A stretch of 64,000 bases of DNA from a virus: positions 11,900 through 75,899 of IMG/VR virus record IMGVR_UViG_3300048919_000175, one strand, 5' to 3'. This document shows positions 1 through 9,185 of the stretch, piece by piece (the stretch's first letter is position 1; the number at the start of each line of letters is the position of its first letter). The position numbers and the translations under genes were made by a program. Below the pieces are notes generated by a model. That model saw only the letters and a program-made list of their open reading frames with translations, was not told where the DNA came from and ran no database searches.

Positions 1-290
1 ACGGTCGCCAAGCCCGTCGGCACAAACCTTCAGGTGCTTCCTTCGTGGGCGGTCGAACAGATCACCATGGCTGATGGCATGCTGATAGTCGACAAGGTGC
101 TGCCTCGTTTTTTAGGGGAGGAGGAAAAGTAGTCAAGGCCGTAGAGGAATATCGGTTCTATTCCTCTATAACTGACGACCTTTCCACCGTCACCATAAAG
201 AAGCTGGCGCTGCGCTTACGACATTTTCACGAGATAAACGCTCGTGAGATTAAGTTCCGAGCAGCGCTGGTCGGCGCTAAGTTGAAGTGA
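1..290 (+). CDS. Tail assembly chaperone G/GT (5' truncated) with programmed -1 frameshift
   Basis: Frame-1 ORF ends TAG at 130-132. Slippery heptamer T TTT TTA at 108-114. The -1 frame stays open (RGGGKVVKAVEEYRFY...GAKLK) to TGA 288-290, directly before the tape measure gene. Confidence 0.75.
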
Positions 291-297
291 GGCTTCC

Positions 298-2778
298 TTG
301 GTCGATTACGTAGAAAAGGCGACACTGCAACTTGTTGACCAGACCTCTGGCAAAGTCAACAAGATCAATGCCGCATTGCGTAGTCTGCGCAAGGAAGCCA
401 CTGCAACGCAGAAGGCGCTTGCCGGACTTGGCAAAGGCGCTAGCCCGGCAAACCTGAACAAGACGGCAGCGGCGCTCAACAACATCGCCAAAGCCTCGAA
501 GAAAATCCCGAAGCGCATTACCACGAACATTGAAGTCAAGGGCGCGAAGTCCAGCGACATCAAGAAGATGGCTGATGCGCTCGGCCAGTTCAAGAAGGCC
601 AATAAGGGCCTGACCGGACTGCTCGGCAGTCAGGGCAAAACACCGAATTTCGCTGGGCTTGACACACTGGTCTCCAAGCTGGTGCGGGTTGCGCGTGCGG
701 CCAATCTCGCACAGATGGCGCTCGCCAAGGTCAAGAATAATATTCCGACAAACGCTGGTCAGGGCGGCGGGCGTGGCGGCGGTAGGACCAGAAACCCCGG
801 TCAGAGCCTTAATCCTCCGACGCCTCGCAATATTGGCCTCTCGATCCAGCCGCTGAAGTCGTTCTTGCGCTCGTGGCTCGTCGATATGGGCCACACGATC
901 GTTAATTCGATCAAGCAGGGCTTCGCTGAAGGTATCAAGGGCTTCGACGTAGCCTCGAACAAATTCCAGCAGCAGCGGTTCACGCCTGAACAGCAAGCCG
1001 AACTGGCTGCAAGGGCGCGCACAAATTCGCAGGCAAATCCACTGATCAGATATGATCAGCGTATGGACCTTTACGCCGAAGTTGCTTCCAACTTTAAAGA
1101 CCCTCTAGACGCAACGCGCCTTGATCCTAGTCTTGACCGCGCAGTCAAAGTTTCGGTTCAGCAAGGCCAGTCGGCAGCGGAAGCGATCACTGGCGTCGCC
1201 ACGTTCATTCGCGGCTTGGGTCAGGCTGGATATCTACAGGACAGCAAGGGGAACTTTGACCCCAACGTAATCAAGTACATTGACGCTTTCACTTCCGCAA
1301 AGGTGTCGGAAGGCGCACAGATCAATTTCAATGACGCCTTCCAGTTGCTCAAGAACTCCAAGACCTCCGGTCAGTCGTTGACGCCGGAAGGCTTCTTCAT
1401 GCAGCTCCTTGCCGCTGCTGACGTCGGGGCCTCTACCCAAGGCGTTCAGCTCAATATGGCAACGAAGACCTTTGCCGGTGAGACCACCAAGAAGGCGATC
1501 CAGGCTCAGGAAGACGCCGGCCTGCGCGAGAAGGGGCGGCTAGTCAAGTCCGGCGCGGTCGGCAAGAAAACGACTTATAGCTATGAAGCGGGCGCGCTGA
1601 AGGACGAGGAACTCTTCCGAGAAAATCCTGCAGACTGGATCAGGAAATACATCCTCGGCAAGGGCGGCTTTCTTGACCAGAAAGGTGTTAACGGTTCTAA
1701 CGCTGCTGCTGTGATCTCGGCCCTCGATCCGCTTTCAGGCAACCGCAACTCCGATGACTTCCTTGCTAAGGCGGTCTTGCAGTTCCAGGAAGCGCTGATC
1801 AAGAATGAAAAGTATTTCCAAAATCCGATAACGGACAAGGAACTGAACAACATCGACCTCACGTCGTCTTGGGTGCAGCTCCAAGAGACGACTAACCAGT
1901 TGGTCGGCCTCTTTGGCCTCCTTGGGGACAAGCTCGAAGGTCTTTTTATTCCTGTAATCGACAAGATCGGTGCGGCAGCAGATTACCTTACGGGCATAAT
2001 CGATGGTCGCTCCAAAGGGCAGATGCAGGACTACGCCCTCCTTGGTGCGGCCACGGCTGGCGCTGGCGTCGTTGGATATGGCGCGACCAAAGGTTTGCAA
2101 GCCCTTTGGGGCTTTGGCCTTCCCGCCGCCGCATCTTCTCTTCAGCTCGCAGCGACGATGTTGCAGGGAGCCGCAACGAAGCTTGGCTTTGGCAGTGCAG
2201 CCGGAACCGTGGCGGCTGGCGGCGGTGCAGCGGCGGCAGCGACGACGGCTGGTGGCGCGGCAGCGGTAGGCTGGAGTACAGTTCTTAGATATGCCGGTCT
2301 CGGCTTCTTGGCTTCGCAGACGCTCGGCCTTGGCAGCGTTAGGCACGACCCCGCCGTTGCCAAGATGTTTGAGGAACAGCAGAAATATTATCGGGAACAA
2401 AATGCCGCGAAAGAAGCCAATAGGCGGGACCCCAATAGTCTGTCTGGAAGGATAGATGCGCAAATTGCCGATCAAGCGATGCGCGATCGCAAAGACGCAG
2501 ATCAGTCCGTAATAAACCTGCAATCCAGTTTTCAGGATGGTGCTACTCAGCTACAATCGGCATTTGAAACAGGCACCGGAACATTGGTCGGCGGCGCTGT
2601 TCAGTTCGGCTCAGAAGCTGGCGCTAGCATCCTCGGCGTGGCTTCTCAGTTTGGCTCGGCGGCAGGTGCAGCGATGCGCGCGGCCATCGGCCAACTTAAC
2701 CTGAACGTGAACGGTCCAGCGGCAGCTCCGGCAGCGCCGAACACCGGGACTAACACGAACATTCAGAGTGGTGGCTAA
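298..2778 (+). CDS. Tape measure protein
   Basis: 826 aa, Ala/Gly-rich with hydrophobic stretches; lies between the chaperone and Mu-like baseplate genes. Confidence 0.85.
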   Translation: MVDYVEKATLQLVDQTSGKVNKINAALRSLRKEATATQKALAGLGKGASPANLNKTAAALNNIAKASKKIPKRITTNIEVKGAKSSDIKKMADALGQFKKANKGLTGLLGSQGKTPNFAGLDTLVSKLVRVARAANLAQMALAKVKNNIPTNAGQGGGRGGGRTRNPGQSLNPPTPRNIGLSIQPLKSFLRSWLVDMGHTIVNSIKQGFAEGIKGFDVASNKFQQQRFTPEQQAELAARARTNSQANPLIRYDQRMDLYAEVASNFKDPLDATRLDPSLDRAVKVSVQQGQSAAEAITGVATFIRGLGQAGYLQDSKGNFDPNVIKYIDAFTSAKVSEGAQINFNDAFQLLKNSKTSGQSLTPEGFFMQLLAAADVGASTQGVQLNMATKTFAGETTKKAIQAQEDAGLREKGRLVKSGAVGKKTTYSYEAGALKDEELFRENPADWIRKYILGKGGFLDQKGVNGSNAAAVISALDPLSGNRNSDDFLAKAVLQFQEALIKNEKYFQNPITDKELNNIDLTSSWVQLQETTNQLVGLFGLLGDKLEGLFIPVIDKIGAAADYLTGIIDGRSKGQMQDYALLGAATAGAGVVGYGATKGLQALWGFGLPAAASSLQLAATMLQGAATKLGFGSAAGTVAAGGGAAAAATTAGGAAAVGWSTVLRYAGLGFLASQTLGLGSVRHDPAVAKMFEEQQKYYREQNAAKEANRRDPNSLSGRIDAQIADQAMRDRKDADQSVINLQSSFQDGATQLQSAFETGTGTLVGGAVQFGSEAGASILGVASQFGSAAGAAMRAAIGQLNLNVNGPAAAPAAPNTGTNTNIQSGG

Positions 2779-3965
2779 TGGCCGAAGCCTGTTACAAAGA
2801 CCCTTATCTTCCGGCCAGCTATAAGGGCGTCCCGTTCGAAGCGCTGGAAGTCAATAGCCAGCACGGGCGGCGCGGCGCTGAGGGCGAGTTCCCGTTTGGC
2901 GAGGAGACTGCTTATGCTGATATGGGCAGATCAATACGTACTTATTCTATTAGCGGTCGTTTTGCTACTAACGATCATGTTCTCCGTGCGGCAGCTCTGA
3001 TCGCAGTTGTGGAGCTGCCCGGACCGGGTCCGCTTGTGCATCCTACGCGCGGCGTGATCATGGCGGCATGCAAGCAGCTCCGCGTGCGCGACAATCCCAC
3101 CGAGGAGCAGGGCGTCACTTATTTCGACATGGACATGGTCGAGGCAAACGTCTGGCCTAACGGTTTGAGCCTAGTCGGCTTCGTCTTGGGGCTCGCACTC
3201 GCTCCGCTTATCGAGGGACTAAATGACAGTTTCGATGAACAGTATCATCCGGAAGAGGCTACGTTCTATGACCGTGGCGCTGTCCTTGGGACTGCATCAA
3301 CCTCCGTTAATTCGATTTACACCGGCTATGTCCAAGCCGCCAAGAACGAGAATAACATCAAGGTTTATCGGTCATTCGCGGCGTTCCAGACCCTTTCTTC
3401 TGATCCTGGACTACTCGCGAAACCGAACACAATGAAGCAAGCCATGTCTGACGGGATGGCACTCATTGACAAGTATGGTACGAGCGTTCAGAAGCAGCAG
3501 CTATTCCGGGAAATTATCAACCAGAATGGCGGCTCCATCTTGGTTGGACGTACCGGCAGAGCCTCCGTTAACGCAGTGCAGAGCTACACTCGCCTGCTTG
3601 CGGCTGGCTACATGGCCAAGGCATTCCTTGAAGTCACGCCAGCCGACATGAACGAAGCCTTCACGCAATATGATCGCGTCGTCGCCGTGTTTGAGGAAGA
3701 ACTGAAGATCATTAACGAGGCATGCGACAGCAAGTTGTATGTCCGCCTTTCCCGGTTCTTTGAGGACCTGAAAGGCAAGTTGCTAAATCGCGCCTACAAC
3801 TCGCCGCCGCTGATCGCATTTCAGTTTGGCTCGGCAGTACCGTCAGTCGTCGCTGCGTACGAAATCTATACGGACGCCACACAGTTCCTCGATCTTGAGA
3901 AGAAGAACCCGTATGGCTTCCCGTGGATGATCGGACCAACCGTAATTGGAGCGCGACCGAATTGA
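2778..3965 (+). CDS. Mu gpN-like DNA circularization / tail tube initiator protein
   Basis: N-terminal ASYKGVPF...GRR...EFPF...DMGRSIRTYSISG and GPGPLVHPTRG motifs typical of the DNA_circ_N family. Confidence 0.8.
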   Translation: MAEACYKDPYLPASYKGVPFEALEVNSQHGRRGAEGEFPFGEETAYADMGRSIRTYSISGRFATNDHVLRAAALIAVVELPGPGPLVHPTRGVIMAACKQLRVRDNPTEEQGVTYFDMDMVEANVWPNGLSLVGFVLGLALAPLIEGLNDSFDEQYHPEEATFYDRGAVLGTASTSVNSIYTGYVQAAKNENNIKVYRSFAAFQTLSSDPGLLAKPNTMKQAMSDGMALIDKYGTSVQKQQLFREIINQNGGSILVGRTGRASVNAVQSYTRLLAAGYMAKAFLEVTPADMNEAFTQYDRVVAVFEEELKIINEACDSKLYVRLSRFFEDLKGKLLNRAYNSPPLIAFQFGSAVPSVVAAYEIYTDATQFLDLEKKNPYGFPWMIGPTVIGARPN

Positions 3966-5197
3966 AGCCGGTAGTGATCTTAATTGACGGACAGGAGCTG
4001 ACCCAATACACGGGCATGAAATTGTCGCGCCAGAAGAAAGATCTCACCGGTTCTTTCAGCGCTGAAGTATTCTTCAACTACATGCCCTCCAAGCCGGTCC
4101 TCGTCAACGCGATGCGCAGCAAGCCAGTGACCGTCTATATCGGCGGGCAGCTCGCTTTCTTTGGGTCGATGGACCGCCGCAAAGGCAAAAGCGAGACCAA
4201 GGAAGACAGCCTAACAGAAGTCACCTCTTCGATAGAGCCGAATGCATATTCGGTATCGTTGAGCGCTCGCGGTCGGACCAAGGTCCTGATCGACAGTTCG
4301 CATCAGCACAAAACCGGGACCATCCTTCAGCCTTCCACTCGGCAGGCAGTGGAGGCCCTCACCAAGGATTTCAAGGTCGAGCTGGACTGGCAGTCAGATG
4401 ACGTCAAGCTCGAACGAGTTTGCTTCAGAGATGGCTGCAATGTTCTATACGAGCTTCAACGCCTTGGCAACGAAAACGGTCACTACTTCTATGAAACGCG
4501 GGATGGCAAGCTCCGCTTTCAGGACGCCCCGGCCGAGTTCGGCGACGATCTTATTCTTGGCAAGAATGTTCTCTCGTTCTCAGCGGACCAGTCCGACGAT
4601 CACGACAAGTCGCGCATTGTGGTTAAAGGTCAGCGCACTAAGCGGACTGTTTGGGGCGAAGAAGCCGCGCTGAATGTCCTCAAGTCAGCCAAGAAAAATA
4701 AGGACGGCGACGATACTCCGTACATCGTCCAGCACTACGGAGACGCCACTCCGGAAGCGCTCGATCGTCGCGTACAGTTCGAGGCTGACAAGCGCAATGC
4801 GCAGTCGCTCCAGTGCACTGTCGAAGTGTTCCATGTCATGACGCCATCGGGCGATCCGTGGGATATCGGCAAGCTTCATTACGTTGAAATTCCGCCGGAA
4901 GGTATCTTCAATGTCCTGGAGTGCATCGCCCTGGACTATACCGTTGACGCCCAAGGCACACTGAAAACAACATTGACGCTAGCGCCGCCTCCGCAGAAGA
5001 AGGATGCAGCCCCGAGCGAGAAGGCTGGTATCGGGAAGCAACGGAAGGCCCAACTTGGGGTCAATTCTCCGGACATCTGGCAACCTTCTGATCTCGACTT
5101 CTCGCCTAGCTTCTCTGAAGCGCCCGTGGTACAACAGCCTGACTTCCTTGGTGGCATTCAGATTAACCAGCCGCCGCTCAAACTTCCATCAACCTAG
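3962..5197 (+). CDS. Baseplate hub (Mu gp44/gpP-like)
   Basis: Synteny and size; motifs ETRDGKL, LILGKNVLS, SRIVVKGQ. TTG start overlapping the upstream stop is inferred. Confidence 0.75.
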   Translation: MKPVVILIDGQELTQYTGMKLSRQKKDLTGSFSAEVFFNYMPSKPVLVNAMRSKPVTVYIGGQLAFFGSMDRRKGKSETKEDSLTEVTSSIEPNAYSVSLSARGRTKVLIDSSHQHKTGTILQPSTRQAVEALTKDFKVELDWQSDDVKLERVCFRDGCNVLYELQRLGNENGHYFYETRDGKLRFQDAPAEFGDDLILGKNVLSFSADQSDDHDKSRIVVKGQRTKRTVWGEEAALNVLKSAKKNKDGDDTPYIVQHYGDATPEALDRRVQFEADKRNAQSLQCTVEVFHVMTPSGDPWDIGKLHYVEIPPEGIFNVLECIALDYTVDAQGTLKTTLTLAPPPQKKDAAPSEKAGIGKQRKAQLGVNSPDIWQPSDLDFSPSFSEAPVVQQPDFLGGIQINQPPLKLPST

Positions 5198-5208
5198 AGG
5201 GAACCGCC

Positions 5209-5721
5209 ATGACCTCCTTTGAAAGTTTTCCTACCAGAAACCGCGACGCACAGGACGGCGTCGAACGCCACGTCTTCGGAGAGATATTTTTCGACAAAGA
5301 CAATGGCGCATACCTGACGGTGCGCGGCAACGGCACGGAAGACGAGGAAGTACCGGTAATTAATATCGGCATTGGTCAAGCGTTCAAGAAGAATACCAAC
5401 ACCGAAGTTCTGCTATTTGCTTCTGGCTCGGATACGGGCCTTAAGTTCGGATTGATCACGATCCCAAGGAACAAACAGCGGCAGTGGAAGGAAGGAGCCA
5501 GCGGTGTCCAGAATGCTGAAGACCCGGAGAAAGCTCTTGAGTTCAACCAGAAACGCGCGTGGATTACCGATAATCTCGCAGTCCTTGCGGGCATGCTTGA
5601 AGTCAAGGACGGGGAAGTCTTCATCAGAGGAACCCTCAAGGCTCAGCAGGTCGAAGCCGGAAATTTCGTAGGGCCGATCCCCTCGGGGTCCATGTCCCCC
5701 ATACCGCCGTTCGAGGAATAA
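5209..5721 (+). CDS. Baseplate spike (Mu gp45-like)
   Basis: Position after the hub; beta-rich 170 aa. Confidence 0.6.
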   Translation: MTSFESFPTRNRDAQDGVERHVFGEIFFDKDNGAYLTVRGNGTEDEEVPVINIGIGQAFKKNTNTEVLLFASGSDTGLKFGLITIPRNKQRQWKEGASGVQNAEDPEKALEFNQKRAWITDNLAVLAGMLEVKDGEVFIRGTLKAQQVEAGNFVGPIPSGSMSPIPPFEE

Positions 5722-5722
5722 T

Positions 5723-6262
5723 ATGGCCGAGTGCGTCATCCCAATCGAAGGCCGTCGCCGCATCTTCTGGACGACCCAGATCGATGCTTGCGGCGTCAAA
5801 CAAGAATGCCAGTCCGATTGCGGCTCCTCTGGCCTCAAGCTGCTATCCAAGCCGGGCGGTCGTACGTTCGCCAACAACAATTTCGTGACCGGCCTCGCAC
5901 TGAATATCCTACTGACCAAAGGTCGCAAGGCAGACAGCTTTTGTGGCTTCCGTCCGGGTGCGCGCGGCGGGCATTGGGCCGACACTTTCCGGGACGACAA
6001 CCAGACCTCCGGCTCTGCCCTTTGGGATTTGCCGACGCAGTATTCCGTAGCCGAAAGCATCAAGCTTGTTAAGGCATTGATGCAATCTGCGCTGCAGAAA
6101 CTCGTGGTCTATGGCGTTGCTCTGAGTGTCGAAGTTACTGTAACATACGCTGGCGGCAACACCTTTAACGCTGTCGTTGACATTCAAGGTAGCGACGGAA
6201 ATAACTCGCGCGTCGGCATTACCGGCAGTCGCTTGGAAAATTCCTGGGTCTGGAGATCGTAA
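5723..6262 (+). CDS. Baseplate wedge protein (Mu gp46-like)
   Basis: RGGHWADTF...GSALW...ALQKLV motif of the gp46 family. Confidence 0.75.
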   Translation: MAECVIPIEGRRRIFWTTQIDACGVKQECQSDCGSSGLKLLSKPGGRTFANNNFVTGLALNILLTKGRKADSFCGFRPGARGGHWADTFRDDNQTSGSALWDLPTQYSVAESIKLVKALMQSALQKLVVYGVALSVEVTVTYAGGNTFNAVVDIQGSDGNNSRVGITGSRLENSWVWRS

Positions 6263-6265
6263 TAC

Positions 6266-7459
6266 ATGGCATGTTTGATCGAGCGGCCAGACCCGCGCAC
6301 GCTGTTTGAGAGCCTCAAGACGATGTTCTCTACGAACGTGCTTGGCGGCGCGAACGTGATCCCTGAAAGCAACGAATGGTACGTCGTCTCGAACGACTAT
6401 GCCACTGCCGAGCAGTTCTTTTCGATCGGCGAGCAGCAATGGAAAGAGCGCGATCCGCGCTACGCATGCTGCGACAATCTCATTGACATGGCGGCTATTG
6501 ACGGCGTCTACCCGCGCCCGGCCATGTTCGCAGAAGGTTATATCCAGATTACGGGTGCGCCGCTATCTTCTCTGGCCAGCTCCATCGAAGCTACCATCGG
6601 CGGCAACGCCTATATCTCAATCGGCTCAGTCCCTGCCTCGCTGGATACCAGCGGCAATGCTGTGCTGCGCATGCGCGCGCTAGAGCCGGGTCCAGACAGC
6701 AACCTTAAGGCCGGAACGACAACTGGCACGCTCACCACGCAAATGACAGGCGTCAATAGCACGGTGACAGTGTACGGCGGTCAGTTTTGCGGCGGTGCAA
6801 TCGCGGAAGAATGCGAACCGTTCCGCATCCGCTATCTGGAACGTCTGCGCTACAAGCCAAAGAAAGACCTCGCTTGGGTCAAGGAAAAACTCCTGGAATG
6901 GCCATGCGTGACTTCCGTGTGCGAACGTGCCGGTTCGTGCTGCTATCCGGAAGATGTCAAGGATTGGGAAACCGGCATCGACTGCAACCGCCCGATCAGG
7001 CTCTACGCGATGTTCGACAGCACGTTCCCGTGCGGTGCGGCTCCGCAGAACATCATCGACGACATTGACGAATGGATGTTCGGACTTATCCAAGGTATCG
7101 GCCAAGGCGAAGCCCCAATTGGGGTCGTCGGCAAAATCTATTCGTTCAAGGGCGCTTATGTCAATATCAAACTAGACGGTCTGGTCTGCACGACCCCGGC
7201 CATCGCGAATGAAATCAGGGAGCGCCTGACCGAATACGTCGCTCGGATTTGCCCGTCGCAGACCTTGCTCATGCAGGACCTGAAGGCCATTGTCGCGCAG
7301 CTGATGCTCGGCACTGGCAACTTCGAAGTCGTCATCGAGAAAGCTGATCCGAACTACGAACACATCATGATCAACTATTGCGGCGATGCGGAGCCGGATT
7401 GCGACTATCGCATCTGCCTGAATACGATCGAGTTCGTAAACCCTGAAGGCGGCGTATGA
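6266..7459 (+). CDS. Baseplate J-like protein (Mu gp47-like), Cys-rich
   Basis: RPAMFAEG, GGAIAEECEPFRIRYLERLR, APIGV motifs; 16 Cys. Confidence 0.85.
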   Translation: MACLIERPDPRTLFESLKTMFSTNVLGGANVIPESNEWYVVSNDYATAEQFFSIGEQQWKERDPRYACCDNLIDMAAIDGVYPRPAMFAEGYIQITGAPLSSLASSIEATIGGNAYISIGSVPASLDTSGNAVLRMRALEPGPDSNLKAGTTTGTLTTQMTGVNSTVTVYGGQFCGGAIAEECEPFRIRYLERLRYKPKKDLAWVKEKLLEWPCVTSVCERAGSCCYPEDVKDWETGIDCNRPIRLYAMFDSTFPCGAAPQNIIDDIDEWMFGLIQGIGQGEAPIGVVGKIYSFKGAYVNIKLDGLVCTTPAIANEIRERLTEYVARICPSQTLLMQDLKAIVAQLMLGTGNFEVVIEKADPNYEHIMINYCGDAEPDCDYRICLNTIEFVNPEGGV

Positions 7460-8319
7460 GCTATATCTTCAAGAATGGTATCGATGGTGCAGTGCCGGTC
7501 GGGGAACTTCCCTCCGATGGCTGCTGCCCGCCCGATATCTGCTCTATCGACCCTGACGGGCTGAAATGCTCGATGGTCAGCTTGCTGCCTTCCGGCCCGC
7601 TATGGGACGAGACCAAGCAGCTCGGCGTTCAGAATTGCGATACGTGCGAGCCGTGCGAAGAGCCGTTCATGGACGAGCAATGCGCCAGCCTCGTCTTGCA
7701 TGCGCACTACAAAGGCGCGCTCCTCTATTACTATATCATGGCTATCCTCTGGCCAGCCCTGCGCGAGGCTAATCCGGCCACCGCATGGTCGACAATGGAC
7801 GAATGGCTCGATAGGCTCGGATGGGCTGATTGCTACAACACCTATTGCCGCGACCCAGACTTGGGGCCAATCACGCCTTACGAGATCGTCACGGAATGCT
7901 CGGACCATGAATATTGCCCGCCGGTATTCGGAGAGGAACTAACCCGCATTTACAAGCGCGGAGTTATCCTCGCCCTCTGGCGCATGCGCCATGGTTCTGT
8001 TGAAAATCTTGCAGCGATCAATTTCATCATCTCGTCGCTATACGCCGAAGTGGTCCCCCAAACCGATGCTTTCGGTAAGGTCTGCTTGATCCTTCGACCC
8101 ACTCAGGATTATGCTCCGGTCGTGTTGCCGACGCCTTGTCCTGAAACTGAAAGCACTATACTCCAAGCACAAAAGCAGGTTAAACTCTACCTGACACCCG
8201 GAAACGGATTGTGCATTGGTGGCCCCGACAGAGCCTATCCGCTCGTGCTGGCAGCGCATTGCATCGTCCGTTCGCTGCTACCGATTTGCTGCAATATTTG
8301 TCTGAAGAGACAGCCATAA
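7456..8319 (+). CDS. Baseplate wedge protein (Mu gp48/DUF2313-like), Cys-rich
   Basis: LLPSGPLW and EANPATA..MDEW...LG motifs; 19 Cys in 287 aa. Confidence 0.75.
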   Translation: MSYIFKNGIDGAVPVGELPSDGCCPPDICSIDPDGLKCSMVSLLPSGPLWDETKQLGVQNCDTCEPCEEPFMDEQCASLVLHAHYKGALLYYYIMAILWPALREANPATAWSTMDEWLDRLGWADCYNTYCRDPDLGPITPYEIVTECSDHEYCPPVFGEELTRIYKRGVILALWRMRHGSVENLAAINFIISSLYAEVVPQTDAFGKVCLILRPTQDYAPVVLPTPCPETESTILQAQKQVKLYLTPGNGLCIGGPDRAYPLVLAAHCIVRSLLPICCNICLKRQP

Positions 8320-8328
8320 GAGGACACC

Positions 8329-9177
8329 ATGGCGGGCATTTTCCCACAAGCTGGAACGCAGGCCGAAAACGCTCAGAACGCGCAGGTCGGCGTCAAGACG
8401 GTTGCGAATTGCGACCCGCTATTCTATCGCACCAATTGCGCGGTGCGGTTCGATCCGGTCTCCACGAACGCGCTCATTTCTGAAATCGCCAATGCGGTTA
8501 ACGCAGCGGACAAGGACTATGATTGCTCGCGCCTGGACAACCTCGCGCTTGCGATCAAGGAGCTGGCCAACCTTTGCCGACTGGCAGGGGTGCAGGCCGA
8601 CGCAGACGATCTGATCGCAGGTTGCTATGACGGCCAGCAGGGACTTGCATCCGTTCGCCAGCTCCTTAATTTGGCACCGGCAATCTTCGACGTAGGACCG
8701 ATTACCGCCAACGACTATATCGGCTTCCTCGATAGCGAGACCGGTATCGACAAGAAGATCACATATCAGAACCTGAAGAACACTCTGTTCGAAGGCGGCG
8801 GCGGTGCGCCCATCATCATTCCGAATGGTCCGATTGTCAGTGCATTCGGCACCGACAAAGACGGCAATTTCAGCATGGCCGGACAAAATGCTGGTGTCGT
8901 TTATTGGCATACCGGGACCGGCGCTGACGTGCGCATCGGCGCGATCACACTTGTCGCGCCTAACGGTTTCGGCGGTTTGCAGCCGACCACTTGGGGTCAA
9001 GCGCAAGGATCGGCAGTCTCTGGCGGCGACCTGACTGGTATTTTCTCCATGGTGAGAAAGAACGGGTCGTGGTACGTCGTGCAGAACGGCGTCGGCATGT
9101 TGTGCGGCGGCGACGCTCTTGACTATTCGTTCCACGGTAGCGGCACTCTGTCGATTATGGCCGGACTTATCCTTTAG
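8329..9177 (+). CDS. Tail spike/fibre protein
   Basis: Follows the baseplate. N-terminus (MAGIFP...NALISEI...DCSRLDNL) is paralogous to the next ORF. Confidence 0.6.
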   Translation: MAGIFPQAGTQAENAQNAQVGVKTVANCDPLFYRTNCAVRFDPVSTNALISEIANAVNAADKDYDCSRLDNLALAIKELANLCRLAGVQADADDLIAGCYDGQQGLASVRQLLNLAPAIFDVGPITANDYIGFLDSETGIDKKITYQNLKNTLFEGGGGAPIIIPNGPIVSAFGTDKDGNFSMAGQNAGVVYWHTGTGADVRIGAITLVAPNGFGGLQPTTWGQAQGSAVSGGDLTGIFSMVRKNGSWYVVQNGVGMLCGGDALDYSFHGSGTLSIMAGLIL

Positions 9178-9185
9178 GAGCTGAC

